DNA of 64,000 nt, taken from assembly GCA_951406725.2 (NCBI GenBank), contig OX597826.1:82584001-82648000 (forward strand). The letters are read 5' to 3'. This DNA is from Octopus vulgaris. Taxonomy: Eukaryota. The position numbers and the translations under genes are program-made. The notes below the pieces were generated by a model. The model worked only from the letters and a program-made list of their open reading frames with translations, was not told the DNA's origin and did not search any database. This document shows, in pieces, positions 14,615 to 30,299 of this stretch. Within the stretch, counting starts at the first letter, position 1; every line of letters begins with the position of its first letter.

Positions 14615-14884
14615 TGTATATGTGTATATATGTACACATAAGTATATATGTATATAAATACACCGACCCGGTGCTTTAACATTTAAATACCTGATTCACT
14701 TGTATCATGAACTTTCATATATATGTATATATTAGCGAGAAGTTGAGGTTATAAGAGATAATGATGTCAGTGAGACCCAAAGGTGTCAGGTAATGCTGAA
14801 TAAGTGATATAGACAGACCATGATTAAGTTCCAGATTCGGTAATATTGCGAATAAAGGGTTCAGCGTTGGTTCTGTCAGCGTGT

Positions 14885-15381
14885 GTATATATGAATTTTT
14901 TGCGTAATAAGATAAAAAAACCAAGGGTATATAGATATTAGAGCATTTATAGATAGAAGGTCTTACAGCTGTTTCTAGGATATTAATTAATAATATCCCT
15001 TCATCGGAGAAGGTGTGAGAGGGAAAATTAAGTTATAGTTAGTTTCGATGTGATACAAAATAGAGAGTGAGGTGGAGGAAAGAAAATAGATGTAAGATAT
15101 GAATGGTTATTGAGTTCATAAATACGTTTTATAGGCATAATGGTATATATGTGTAATATTCCAATATTCTTTGAGTAAAATCCAAAAGTCCAACAGAGTT
15201 TAATATGAGTCCATCCAGATATAGAGTTTTTAAGCAAAGTAATATTCTCTTAAGGTCGGTCATTCCCAGTAGGTAATTTATATAGTGTGTAGCAGATTCG
15301 AGGTTTGTGTTTAAACTGACCATGAAATAGGGAGTGTATTAGTTTGGTCAAATTGAAAACAGGAAGAGAGGAATGACAAAG

Positions 15382-15416
<35 letters not shown>

Positions 15417-15764
15417 AAGGAGGGGAGAAAGAAGGAATTAAAGAGAAAGAAGAAAGATTGGTAAAAACGAATATACATAATAAAACTCCTGAGGGTATGA
15501 ATAAAGAGAATAAGGAAAATAAAACAGAAAAATTAAGATATAGGTTGGTCAGTGGTCAGTGTAGGTAGTGGTCAGTGTATTTCTTCCACCTCACTCTCTA
15601 TTTTGTATCACATCTAAACTAACTATTACTTAACCATCCTCTTACACCGTCTCCGATGAAGGGATATTATTAATTAATATTCTAGAAACAGCTGTAAGAC
15701 CTTCTATCTATAAATGCTCTAATATCTATATACCCTTGGTTTTTTTATCTTATTACGCAAAAAA

Positions 15765-15770
<6 letters not shown>
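14885..15770 (-). mobile_element. Truncated PLE with tail-to-tail inverted pseudo-LTRs
   Basis: About 200-bp arms 14885-15085 and 15581-15770 are near-perfect reverse complements. Internal minus-strand LKTLYLDGLI resembles the endonuclease C-terminal LxTLxPxGLN. (TA)n flank and an HHR motif in each arm. Confidence 0.75.
15649..15700 (+). ncRNA. Minimal type-I hammerhead-like motif (CCGAUGA core); inverted copy at 14960-15010
   Basis: gtct-CCGATGA-A-gggatattattaattaatattcta-GAAA-cagctg-TA-agac: stem I gtct/agac, palindromic stem III ACAGCTGT, GUA triplet. Confidence 0.65.
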
Positions 15771-15807
<37 letters not shown>

Positions 15808-15811
<4 letters not shown>

Positions 15812-16213
15812 CGTTGCTATTATGCAAAAGTGTCGTAAGTCCAAAACGTTGCTTTTTCAGAAAACGAAAAAATACTTTTTCCCCGTTCCCTTTCTTTTAC
15901 ATTAGCAACCATTAGCAACAGTTTCAGTTTAACAATACTACTTTGTTGGGTGCATAAAATGGTAATTCAATGCATGAACGATATTTCCAGTCAGAAATAT
16001 TTTTGCAAAACTGTTGTATGTGGGGCTTAATACACTTTTGGTAAATGCTAAACTGTTGACAATTTTTGATATCTTGGCATCTGAAGCAGCTGAAGATACG
16101 ACAGTTTGACCAAAACAACCGACTATTGCAACGAAAATTAAATATGGAAAAAGTAAAAAAACGCATTTGGCCAAATTTGAACGTACGGCAGTTTAACAGA
16201 ATAGCAACGATAT
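15808..16213. mobile_element. Non-autonomous TIR element (MITE-like)
   Basis: Perfect 14-bp termini atatcgttgctatt / aatagcaacgatat with imperfect inward extension; about 400 bp; no ORF. Confidence 0.65.
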
Positions 16214-18305
16214 ATCGATATACACACACAACACACCGGCACATCACACCACATGCACACCCACACACCAATCCTATATGCATGGCGATTAGAGAGTATA
16301 GCAGTCGTACTTCCACACACATCAGAGGTACGCATACATGCACACTCTATATACACACACGCATTCACATGTACACTCGTTGATCCAGATTATATACACT
16401 CATTTCATACTTACAGAGGTAAATGCAGAAATGTGCATACAAATCCGAATCCGACATTCATACGCTCACATATTCATGCAAGCCTCCCAATATCACATCC
16501 ATAGAGTAGACTCTCACGTACACATATTCGCACCTGCGCGCACACACACACACACTACCACACAACTGATACACACTCATGTAACGTACACATATGACAC
16601 ACATGAATACGTGCGGGCAAGCACGCTCACGTGGCTGATACACACCCGCAGCCATAAGCACAAACCACCTAGAAAACACGTGCTTACGTAGCATCGAGCA
16701 GCTATTACCAGTCCTCACCCGAATGCCGGATTACACGTCGACGCATCCCCTCATCACACACACAAAACAGATACACATGCATACACACCACACACGAACC
16801 TCCTCACATTCATACACAAAGCACGCACACACAAACATTTATACATCCGCATCCAACATCGATGTCGCCTCACGTTCCTTCAAATAATATACAGACAGTG
16901 AGGAACCAAAGCATTCCTGCCGCGACATCCACTCTTAGTAATTCAGGTTGGGATCTCTAATCTGATGGAGTTGGAGTCGCTGGAATTTCAGTACTATTTC
17001 CAACAAAACATGTGACACGATTTGAACAATAGCAGCCCACGCCCCTACGCACGGACACACACGCACACAGATATACAAACTGTTTTGTGAGGAAAATTAT
17101 ATTCGCAGAACGAGCTGAAAATTGAATAATAAACCACCAATACACGGATATAATTGGGTTTGAAATCGTGTACAATTTGCAAACATCTGTGCACGCACTT
17201 CATGTACGTTGCACATTTTTATATTTGATATAGAATATAATAATATTTATTAGTATTTATCATTGCTAAAATCCTAACCACGATTCAACAGAACTGAGTG
17301 AGAAAATCTATTATCATAAAACATATGAAAATCATGAAATTGGAGCAAGTTTTTGCAACATCAGTTCGAATTATAATTGGGGAAAATAAACAAAACCCAC
17401 CGCACTGAAAACAAATTTAAAGAGTGTTCAAATAGCAAAGAAAATAACCAAATTTTGTAAATCACGTGACGATTTGTTTATATGGCGTTTGATGGTTGGT
17501 GCAACGATGGCGTTCTGGTGATCTGATGAGCTAGAATTCTGTATTTATGTTGATTAATGCTTATGCAAACGCATTGTGTAATTGAGGGCATGAATATTAA
17601 GGCTAACATGTTGGCATCATATCTTCCACATTGAAATTAATCCAACATGAGGTAGGCTGCAAAACGGTCCTAAGGTTATCTCGTGGCTAAATAGATATAT
17701 ATTCACCTCACAGTTCTGCACTTTTATGGTTGATATAGATATATATGTATACATACATAAATAGATCCTCGCTCGATTCGAAACACTCGTACTGCCGATT
17801 TCAAGAATGATTCCTTAAATTCCCGTAGAAGCCATTCTGGGATACACAGTCGGTGGTGTTGTATAATTATTTCTGTTAAATACAAAAAAAAACCAAATAA
17901 TATTTAAGTAACAAGTAAATATATAATGGCGCCTTTTATCGGATCCCAAGGGGACAGAATATGAAAGAAGCACTGAAATAGATCAAATATAATGCGGTGT
18001 GCAGACAGAACAGTTTCGTCTAACACGTTGTGTTGGAATAAATGTCTCGCTAGAAGTCAAAGTTAAGCTGTCGCAATGTTATGACATTAATCAGCTTTGA
18101 CCTGGCTTTTCGAGATATCCCAAAACAGACGTAAATATATAAACAGCGGGAGAAACGAGTTGAAACACTCATAGGGCCGCTTATAACATTTTTTATCGTT
18201 TCTTTCTCTAATCTTAGTCGTTAATGTAGAAGACTAATTACAGTCGTTATGTACAGACTCCTGGAGGAGACTGTACATAAAGACACACATACAGACTTAT
18301 AGATA

Positions 18306-18341
<36 letters not shown>

Positions 18342-18388
18342 GCACGAATATGCATACTTACATATAAATATATATTACATATATATAC

Positions 18389-18464
<76 letters not shown>

Positions 18465-19983
18465 GTACGCACATACGCTCACACATATATGATTTGATAT
18501 TTCTTTACGCATTATAGTGCAATAGAAGAAAACCTGCTGATTCTGTGGTAAGAAACCACAATTCACAGAAGAACCGTTACTTCAAACTGCTACATTTGCA
18601 AGACAACCTCTCATGTTACGTAACGTCATTCTGTGTTGACTTTTCTGTTTCCTTTTTCTTTTCTGGTGTTTGGGTGGAGGAAGAATATTTCCTCCGTTTT
18701 TCTATATCAGCCCCACATTTCTCTCTCGACTTTTCACTATTATAACCGACAATAGCATAGTGTGTTAGCGTGGGTAAGGGCATGTGTGAGTGTGTGTGTG
18801 CCTGTGCGTGCATGTGTGTCTGCAAGCGTGTGTCTATAAGTGCGTCTGTGTCGTTTTTTTTCTCTCCATAAAATTATGTTGCGACAAATAGAAATAGAAA
18901 AATAATACCACACTGAAAACTTAGTACTTGTTAATATGACAGAGTAAAACACTTGTAGGCACTGCTCTGGTATGGTGTATGAACATTGTTGGAAATAGGT
19001 ACACGCATACAATTATAGGCACGCAAACACAAAGAAAACGCATGTACACGTTCAGTCGAATACATGTTTGATCACTCAAGTGCTACAACAGTCGCAACCC
19101 ACCATAGAAATTGTCTCATGGTTGGGTCCTCGCCATCCACTCGCTAGAAATCCAAAAGGTAAAATGCATCAGACTTCAAAAAGTGAACAAATCACATTCG
19201 CTGCCGGTCCAATGACAAAATATAACTTACATAATTGTAATGAAGATAATGAACAAACTTTCTATAAAATACTTTGCAAGTGACTGACCGACGCGTAATA
19301 GCTATTAGAACATCTCTTCAGAGAGGAGGAAATTAGGAACCCTTAGCCGTGATAGCAACAACCCGTTTAAGAGAAGAAATCTCTGAATGCACAAACCTAC
19401 TCTTTTCTTTTTTAAATTCCTTCGATTGGAGAATGCTAGGTGATAGAATGCTCTTATATAAAATCCAGAAGTTTGATCTGTGCCGGAAAACTTCAGGCGA
19501 GTTCGGCTGATCAAAGCCCTTTATTTTAACTTGGTTGCTGTCAGCGAGACAAGGGATTAGCTAATGTGTCACAAATAAATTCACCTCCTCAAAAACCTAG
19601 CGACACAGTTGCGGCCGGCAAATCATCTGCGGAATACTATAAATGCAAAGGAAAAGAGAAGAGCTCTAGTTAAAAGTTCTCAACTTTCTAAACCAGAATC
19701 TCTCATCAATATGAAAATATTCACACACATATAAAAGCTTACACTCATCCATATGTGTGTGAGTGTGTGCGTGCGGATGTGTGCGTGTGCGGCAGTGAGT
19801 GCGTGCGTTGTTTAAACGCCAGTAGCTGCGATTTTCGCCCGAGAATTGTCCTTTTACAGCAGTATAGTATTTAAAAAAAACACATTATTTGAATATTCTT
19901 CAGAGCTAGGTGAAGTGATCATGGGAACGGCAGATATAGATAGACACATACACATACGTATATACATGCATGCATACATACAT

Positions 19984-20068
<85 letters not shown>

Positions 20069-20168
20069 AAATATATATATAACGGGAAGCTTTATGAAAA
20101 TAAACAAAAGACCAAGGCAGGTGGAGTACAAACAAACAATTGTATTATATATATATATATTCATCCCA

Positions 20169-20201
<33 letters not shown>

Positions 20202-21122
20202 CTGTAGTGGTGGCGGTGGTGGGTCTCCGTTTGATGATGATGATGATGATTCGGTTGTTCCATGAAAGTATAAATGGCTGGGTTCTCCGTAAAGACGCGT
20301 TCCCTTTATATAAAGGCTGTACTCTTTTAAATTCCGGGTATATTCCATCCGACGTGCTTCAGTACAGTTTCTGTCTAGATAATTTCACTCGCAAGTACAA
20401 AGTAACTAGATTCTAGAGAAAATGATGAATGCCCTAGCACTGGGATCGAACCCGGCATATTGTGGCTGCGAAACAAACTATTTAGTTATTCAGCTTCACT
20501 GCGCTGTCATAGAATTTTCCAGAAATGATTTTTTTCCAAAGAATCTTTTAGATGTGGGTGTAGTGTAAGTCATTGCGATAGTTATTCCGAACATTCGAAA
20601 TAAATTTGCATATATTACGAGTAAGTAAAGATGGAATGAATAAATGAGATTTTAACGGATAAAAACGACGTCAAGTGATGAAAGGAAAGAAAACAATATG
20701 CAACCCAATAAAAAGGAAAAACGGCAGACAGAATCACGTTACGCGGCTGGTATCGCATACAGAATATTAAGCAGACACAGCGAATAGCAGAGATGTAAAT
20801 ATTGCAGTAAATAATTTCAATAATAATAAATCAAATGATCCAATCCAAATATCTAGACTTCATAGATGTATATATATATATATGCACATATATAAATTGT
20901 CTGTATGATATACTTACAATTAAAACTGATGCACTCATACACATTACATACACAAATAAGGGTACATAACGGAATACACAAACATTATGAAAAGCAGTTA
21001 ATCCATCGAGATAATCAGGAACAACCGACATGATTTTAGGCTTTATAAGATTTCACACACTCATTTCTTTTTTCAAGGTCGCCCCTGTACGCCTGTATAT
21101 AATAGCAATGTTTATGAATACC

Positions 21123-21245
21123 TATTTCTTTACTACCCACAAGGGGCTAAACACAGAGAGGACAAACAAGGACAGACACACGGATTAAGTCGATTATATC
21201 GACCCAGTGCGTAACTGGTACTTATTTAATCGACCCCGATTAATA
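21123..21245 (-). mobile_element. 5'-truncated SINE family B fragment with 16-bp TSD
   Basis: Matches 62112-62230; flanked by aatgtttatgaatacc at 21107-21122 and 21246-21261. Confidence 0.85.
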
Positions 21246-22031
21246 AATGTTTATGAATACCAACCATCCATTTGCTTACAAACGTATACTCTTGTATAAA
21301 TAAATTTTGAAAACTTTTTTTTTCTTTAGAAGCGAAAATCACTTTCGAATTTCTATTGAGACTCGAATTCTTCAATGTTTCGTTAGTGTTCTATTAATGT
21401 TATATGATATGGCCTTTGCTGATTTCTCCCATTTTATCCCATGACAAATATTCCCGAGTTTTAATCTTCAAATATAACGTTGCCTGTTTTCTTGGTAGGT
21501 TCCGTAAATTTTTTTCGACTTGTTCCGAAAAGTACAAGAGTCCATTCCTTTCAAACTTGTAAAAGCCTCATTAGCCGTGGGGTTTTTAATATTTAGTCAT
21601 AATTCTGGATTTTGTTCGTGGCAACGTTAAGACCATAAATGTTTCTCAAGGTTTGCAAAGGAAATGTAAAAATAAGAAATATCCTTTCGACTCCGAAATC
21701 CTTAAGGTTGTTAAAGAATAACCTGATATAGAGATAATTGCATATAAGTTCCACTCTGTATCCCTTTACAACTGCCGTCTCTAAGCGCGCTCTGAGGAAG
21801 TCAATCGTTTAAAGAAAACGTCCCCGATTGTTGAGCACAGCTTGAATTATTATATTTAATATAGGAAATATAGGTGCAAGGCGTTGGTGGGTGGTGAGAG
21901 GTCTGGTTCACATATTCATGAGTTTGAGTTCAGTCACACTGTGTGCTACTTTCATGTCATGTACTCTAGCCAAAGGCCGGCCAATGGCTCGTGTGAGTGG
22001 ACTTGGCTGATGGAAACTGAAAGTATGCCGT

Positions 22032-22106
<75 letters not shown>

Positions 22107-22343
22107 AAGGATAAAATCTAAATAGGATTTTATCAAGTAACCAGTGTGCAAATCTAATTAAGGTAAAAATTAATGCAAATATATAAATTGTTCCCTTGTG
22201 TATAAAATACATTACATCAAAGGTTATTTTATAAGAAACGATATAAAAGTCTATTACTATAAGTACCGTTATACGACTAAACCTTTTTTAAAGGAATTTC
22301 TCCTTGTTCATTCCCAGTGTAATAATGTAATAATGTGTATATA

Positions 22344-22450
<107 letters not shown>

Positions 22451-23023
22451 TTATTTATTAGGGAATAAGAATTCCGGCTTGACAGGGGTTCAAATTATTC
22501 TCAATGAGGAAATATATGTTATTTAGAGATAGCAGTCCCCTTCATCCCACCATATAAAAGAATTTTAATTTAATTTAATACTTACAACTCATTTCTCAGC
22601 TACACGTATTTCTTGAGGTTCTTTTACGGTTCCTTAAGCACGCAGTGTTTTACAGGAACCTTTCTTAAAACGCAACCGCAATCATCAGGTCTCTAAATAA
22701 CTTTCTCATAATTCGATACCAAATATTATATTTTAATCTTAACATATAAGTATGTGTATGTGTAAATAGATTCGCCGGACCTTACTATGCAAGCCACAAT
22801 TTAATTCAAATAGAACTAATAAAAATAAAAAATAAAAATTTAAAAGCATTAAAAAATGCAAATAAAAAAATCAACAATAAAAATTTACAAAAACTAAATT
22901 CTCACGTAACTTATGTCTGTAAACATTCATATAAAATTAATAATATATAGGGATAAAAATTAAAATATATACTTGTGATGATATAATAATGAAAACAATG
23001 ACAAATAAATATATTCGAATAAA

Positions 23024-23060
<37 letters not shown>

Positions 23061-23084
23061 GAGAGAGAGAGACAGACAGATTTA

Positions 23085-23132
<48 letters not shown>

Positions 23133-23168
23133 TGGATAGATAGATAGATAGATAGATACATAGATACA

Positions 23169-23201
<33 letters not shown>

Positions 23202-23233
23202 GTATGTAAGTATATATATATATAAATGTATGT

Positions 23234-23265
<32 letters not shown>

Positions 23266-23890
23266 AGAGAGAGGGAGTGAGAGACTGTAAGGTAGATATG
23301 TGTGTGTGTATGTACGTCTTTGTGTGTGTGTTTTCGTGCCACCTTTTAAAAACCGATGTTGTTTTACGAAGCCATAATTTCAGCAAAAGGGACATAGAAT
23401 AAAGAACACATTGGAGAAAAGTACTGCAATCTATTCGTTTCGCTAACATTCCTCAAGGCATCAGTATGGCCGCCGTCTAATGACTGAGGCAAGTAAAAGA
23501 TAATAGGTAAAAGTTATGAACTTATATTAAAAGCTTCAAAAAGTACCACAGAAAATATATTGGGAACAGAATAGATGTGTCATTCAATTTATTTTCCTTT
23601 TAAGTCTATTTTCTACATGGAAAATTTCAAAGACGGGATACAGTAAAAATAGTACTATTTTTCAGGACCAGCGCAAATGAGCGAATGTATAAAAACCAGA
23701 ATATCTTAGCCGAGCAATAACTCACTTCATACAATAAAATTTTGGAATTTCTTCCCAAAATAGGCCACAGTGGCTTCTAATACTTCATTGGATCGAAATT
23801 TTCAAACTGTTCTGGAACTCTTTGAGAGAGGCAACGTCTATTTATTCCAGCACAAAAACACTCACTCACAAACCCAAACATATGTACACA

Positions 23891-23957
<67 letters not shown>

Positions 23958-24127
23958 ACACATATATATATATATACATATATATCAATAAATCTCTAAA
24001 TATCTATCTATCTATCCAAGACTATATCGATATCTTTTTCCTTATAAATTTCCTGAAAACTTCTCACAGCCTTGGCTCTGTTATCTCGTTTTGTCTAATA
24101 TATACATACATATATATATATATATAT

Positions 24128-24179
<52 letters not shown>

Positions 24180-24282
24180 GATTTTTTCGTTTAATGAGAT
24201 AAAAAAAACAAGGCTGTATAGATATTAGAGCATCCAATCTATGTCTCTAAACATTCACAATTTTCCTACGTGTACACCCACT

Positions 24283-25095
24283 GGTGTGCATGCACATCCG
24301 TCCGCACCTTGCAAGCTTCATTTCTTTGCATGTCCTTCATATCCACAGCACACATTTCGCTGTCATGCAGTGTAGCTGTACACAGCAACTGCACAATCTG
24401 CCTTTGTCTCTGAAGGAAAGGATTTTCTTTAACAACAACGGTAATAATGCTCTGAACTTTGCCCAGCCGATTCTTATTCCTGCAACTACGCTTTCATCGG
24501 ATTCTTTCCCGATGGTCATGTTTTGCGGAAATCTATTTCTTGTGTGTTCTTAGTGTTTACTCTACCAGCACATCTGTCACATACAAAGACTACTTTCTCG
24601 AATAACTTTCCAAGGATACCTTTCCGTTTCTTATGTGTCCATAGCTTCTACTGTGTACACATCCTTAAGCTTTCACATCTTCCTTTTCAAGACTGGCTTA
24701 CTTCTTGAAATTCTTCAAGGCCGAAATATGAAGTCGCATTCATGGGCAACTAGCTATTCCATTTTCTGGTGCGAACGTTTTCAATCTGGTTTGTGCGGCT
24801 ACCAGATTGTTACGTCATCAGGTGACTGGCTGTTTTTCTGAAATTAGTTGCAGATCATTAGGTCGTTTGCATCACAGAACTCAAAGAGACTTATCTCTTC
24901 TTTCCGAGTTCCAATCTATAGCCTCTATGCACACCATGGAAGTCACCCGGACGCTGCCCAACATGACCTTTGAACTTATCAGCATCGAAGATAATGTCAC
25001 TGTCATTTGTCATCGACGTGGACTGCAAAAGAGTGTCGTCATAAAAGGTTTGGACGAAGGGTTTTCCAAGAGGCATATCATATCAGTTTGTGCCC
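24283..25095 (-). mobile_element. Internally deleted RTE-clade LINE
   Basis: APE-like IIFDADKFKGHVGQ..GDFHGVHRGY (cf. AGDFNGHVG..GVHGGYG), Cys-rich WTHKK..VFVCDRC, and RT C-terminal SVVAGIRIGWAKFRALLPLL..DKGRL. Confidence 0.85.
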
Positions 25096-26707
25096 ACAAA
25101 TAACTTTTATGTCATTCATTCTTTTCATACATTTTGTATCTTCGAGAAATGAATGTTGTACACATTGTTTATACACAGGCATAAAATAACTGATTAATTA
25201 ACTGCAAGGGTCCTTAATTCCCTTATATGTCCAATGCAAGGGGTGTTTGGTATACCTTTCATATTGTATGCTGTCATTGATAGAGTGCTAATATAGAGGA
25301 GGGGGAGGAGGGCGCGGTACAATAGAAAGGTCTCCGGTGTAGCAGAAAGATTTCCGGTATAGGCGATAGTAGTGGGAATGGGCAGGCCATTATGAACGAG
25401 AGAACCAGACGTATAGCATTCGGAACACGAAAATATACGGATTTCTGAGGAGTAGAAGATTTATAGATTTTCAACACATACTTTACATATATGTATCACA
25501 AAATGAAAACGGAAGTTCAAATCCAAATACTACGCACCTGCGTTAGGTTTCGTGGGTTGACCCTGATAGCAATACCGAAACAATCTTCCTTACTCCCCGG
25601 GCCTTTAATGCCTGAGCATAGGAAGTCTGCAGCTAAGGCAAAATATCAAAAAGTCTTCATGTCAAAGTAAAAAACTGAGCTGTCATTTAATCGTCAGTGG
25701 GAATCTATTCTTCAATATCAATTTCCGTTAACCAATTATTTTTCTTATTCTCATCTAATTAATTTCATACAGAGCATGCATTAAGATATGTGCCTACATT
25801 TCCCACCCTCACCCTTATTCTCCCCCTCTCTTCATCCCCCCTCATCTACTGCTCCCTTTTTCTCTCTATATATATATCTGCCTACATATCTATGTATCTC
25901 TCTCTCTCTCTGTCCCTCTCTAACTATATATAACTACAAACACACACACACAAATATATATGGATTTAGCGTCGTTTTTCTTAACGTACATTTGGGGCTT
26001 GGCAAATGGCCAGCATTCTACATCATATTTCGTACAATTATTTATCTCATACAAATTTTTTGTTAGTAAAGTCTATTCGTTCTTTATTTATACACAGATC
26101 GCAACGACACACAAACACACACACACACACGTACATAAACATACATACATACATACATAAATATCGGTATGTATATATATATATATGCATATGTGTATGT
26201 ATGTATGTGTGTATGGATGGATAGATGGATGCATGGATGCATGTATACTTATGTATGTACTTATATCACATTCCGTTTCACTGGTGGATACTTTTCTGAC
26301 TTCTGTTCCTCGAATCTTGCTTCAATTTTCCAATTCCTGTTCCTCCATTTATCAATTAAATTCCATTTCTGAACCATTTGCATTCATTTATAGAAATGAA
26401 TGGCGAAATAAATTTCTCCTCTCCCAATTTCGTTTTTGCTTTCATTTTTGAGCGTGGATGTGTATAGATGTGTGAGACTGAATGAGTCTGTGGTGTGTTT
26501 ATGTGTGTGTGCGCGTGTACGTGTCAGGTACCGATATTTCGTGTGCCTTGGAAACTTTTGCGAGGCACAATCCTGTACATTTGGTGCTTTGGTTGAAGAT
26601 TATCAGCTCCCGATGCATTCTATTTTCTCGTTTTTTCGGCCACAGTTGAAAAGTTGATATCTCCTAAATCACAGCTAGGCGTCAGTGTCCGCGCCAGAAT
26701 ATTACTA

Positions 26708-26778
<71 letters not shown>

Positions 26779-27169
26779 CATATACACACATACACACTCC
26801 TCTCTTCTGTCTAAAATTATATACATATGCGCAAGTATGTACTCACACACACACACACACACATACATGCATTTGGTTTTCTCTCATGCATTCTCTCTCC
26901 CTTTCCCTCTCTCTCTCTCCCTCCCTATCATTCGCCGTCTGCCCTCGTTCTTACCAGCTTCAGCCTGTTTCTTTATCTTTCCTTTTCCACTTTTCAACAT
27001 TTTAAAAAAAATCCTCCACGATATATATATAACATATTTTCCTTTGGCAAAGTGGGTCAGGGTAAACAGAATCTCGCTCTCAGCTCCAACTGCCACATAA
27101 ACACACCGAAAACACTGACTAAATTTTAGAAAGAGATATTTTATATGTAAAAAAGGCGGATAATATAAA

Positions 27170-27208
<39 letters not shown>

Positions 27209-27224
27209 GCTACTGCTGCTGCTG

Positions 27225-27297
<73 letters not shown>
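27170..27297. repeat. (CTA)n microsatellite with a (CTG)n interruption
   Basis: Directly visible. Confidence 0.97.
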
Positions 27298-27382
27298 AGT
27301 AAGAGATGTTCTTAAATGTAAAGAAATTCGAAATGATGCATACTTTAAAGAAAAAATGTCACTCTCTCTATGCGGGCGCGCG

Positions 27383-27423
<41 letters not shown>

Positions 27424-27434
27424 ATGTATGCATG

Positions 27435-27492
<58 letters not shown>

Positions 27493-28002
27493 CATATATT
27501 ATTTATTTATTTATTTTATTGTGTCTGGGAAGAGTCATTCTGTTTTAATGTCCTATTAATGAACACACTCACCGGATCGGTTTCCACTCATTCATTTATT
27601 TATTTATTTTCGTTGCTTGCTGCAACCTCTTCAATGGTCGTTGATTTTGTCCATTAATACGGACTGCTATCAAAAACTGCGAGTTGGCTTCCGTTCACCA
27701 TTTCACACAACATTGGTTTCACGGTCACCCCTAACCTCTTTTTAAAGTTTTAAATCCACAGCCGTAGTTGACGAGTAGGTGCACACAAAGCGTCGTCAAC
27801 AGAAGATATCACCTTAGAGCTTTACGGTTGTGGGACCTCGAACGCTTACTGCAGAAGTGACGGAGAGGAAAAAGAAAAAAACTACGACGAGGCCAAAGAC
27901 GATGAGGAATATAATTATGATGAAAGATGACGACCTGTTCCCTCTGATGGTTTTCGATGTTTAAGAGAAAGCCGCTTCGAATGACAAAAGTTGTTCCCAT
28001 AT

Positions 28003-28395
28003 GCGCGGGAGTGGCTGTGTGATAAGTAGCTTGCTAACCAACCACATGGTTCCGGGTTCAGTCCCACTGCGTGGCATCTTGGGCAAGTGTCCTCTGCTAT
28101 AGCCCCGGGCCGACCAATGCCTTGTGAGTGGATTTGTTAGACGGAAACTAAAAGAAGCCTGTCGTATATATGTATATATATATGTGTGTGTTTGTGTGTC
28201 TGTGTTTGTCCCCCTAGCATTGCTTGACAACCGATGCTGGTGTGTTTACGTCCCCGTCACTTAGCGGTTCGGCAAAAGAGACCGATAGAATAAGTACTGG
28301 GCTTACAAAGAATAAGTCCCGGGGTCGATTTGCTCGACTAAAGGCGGTGCTCCAGCATGGCCGCAGTCAAATGACTGAAACAAGTAAAAAAAAAA
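28003..28395 (+). mobile_element. Full-length tRNA-derived SINE family A
   Basis: gggagtggctgtgtgataag...ggttcagtccc...ttgggcaagtgtc...gactgaaacaagtaaaa; reverse complement of the copy at 9188-9593. Confidence 0.92.
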
Positions 28396-29040
28396 TACCT
28401 GACTAGTACCAGATTTATCTCAACTCGAAACAGCTAAAGTTCACTGTGATTTTCATGTGGAATGTTGAAGTGCAGTTAAATGTGAGAAGCATTGGAGTAA
28501 GGAGTACACGCGCACGCACACAGAAATGTATATAGCATATAATACATAGATTCTTTAATTTCATACATCATACGATAAATATACTCAGTAATGCACACCG
28601 TGGAATAGAACTAACAACGGCAAGGAAATCATTTAATGAATTGACAAAAGCAACAGAGTAGAAAACGTGTGAAGAAATATTTTACGAGGACAACCCTCCA
28701 CCCCAACTAAAATATGTAAAATATAGATTTGCAGAGGAAAACAAAGAAATAATGTAAATAGATGTCTTAGTGAGATAAATGAATCACACATTTATGTCAT
28801 TTTGAAGTTTGATGCTAAAATAATGACACAGCTGTTATTGAAATATGTGCAGTCTGTACCACGTGATATACAAGTAGCAGGCAGAGGAACAAGTTCGCAC
28901 ATCAATCTGGCAGAGTTTCGAAAGGCCATTAAATTTTAGTTGCATTACACAGAGCTACTTAAAGAAAAAAACACAATCTTTATCATTATTGCTTCTTATA
29001 TAATATCTCTCTCACACATATGGCTTTTTCTATCTGTAGC

Positions 29041-29055
29041 TATCTATCTATCTAC

Positions 29056-29107
<52 letters not shown>

Positions 29108-29110
29108 ATA

Positions 29111-29146
<36 letters not shown>

Positions 29147-29209
29147 TCTATCCATCTCTCTCTCTCTCAATCTATCTATCTATCTATCTATCCATCTCTC
29201 TCTCTCTCA

Positions 29210-29241
<32 letters not shown>

Positions 29242-29279
29242 CTCTCTCTCAATCTATCTATCCATCTATCCATCTATCC

Positions 29280-29339
<60 letters not shown>

Positions 29340-29340
29340 C
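29041..29340. repeat. (TATC)n / (TC)n compound microsatellite
   Basis: Directly visible. Confidence 0.95.
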
Positions 29341-30299
29341 ACGTTCTCTCTTTCTTTCTGTATATACTCGTGCGTGCTTGTGCATGTGTGTGCGTGTGTA
29401 TCTGATCTCCACTGATATATGGTAATTACAACGCATCATTCAGAGACGGAGATAATTTTAATAAATGAACATCTGTTGCATGGTTGTGGATGTCAGTTTC
29501 TTTACTTACGTTGTTCATAAACATGTAACTAACCACTCGAGGTTATTTCATCGAAGTTCATATTTGTTTAAGTATGCTAATTACCTAGGTCACATGTGGG
29601 TATGACCCTATCCCTTGGCTTCTAGAGATAAAGCAGGACATTTATCGAGCCAGTAACATGTAGACACGTATGTCTTATTATTTCCACGCAATAAACATGT
29701 CCTTTTACATAACGATTTCTCAGATTTGGAGAATCGTGGTTCACGATGCTATTTCCCATCCTGTCATAGGACTGGTCACCTTTGTCATATTACGATTTTG
29801 ACATTTGCTCCAGAGGTAGAAATAATTTTAATGAAGCAATTATGTATACTGTATGATATTGCAGTTGTTTATGCTGTTCATAGACATGTATTTGTATCTC
29901 TGAATGGATGCGCGCGCATGTGTATGTGTGGGGGGGAGGATTGCTCTATCTTCACTGCCGTCTCCTTGTTCTTACTCGTATCAATGGCGTTTCTAACTTT
30001 CCACCGATGACCTCCTACACAACTATTCCCACTCGCTCAGACAGTTATGGTTTAAAGCATAGATGCTAGACGAAAGTTGTAACGTAATGTGCACATCGAA
30101 CTGGTTAGTTATGCGCACGTCATCACTCTTTTATCGCCATATTGTGAAATTTTGAAGTCATTTAATACGTACGTGTCAGGCCTGCGTAATATACATAACG
30201 AGGAAATGCATCCATTACGTAAGATCTTCCTCGGTTAAAGCATTTCAAAATATGAAACAGTTGATGAAAATATTTTAATATAAATGGTCAGAGCACTAA

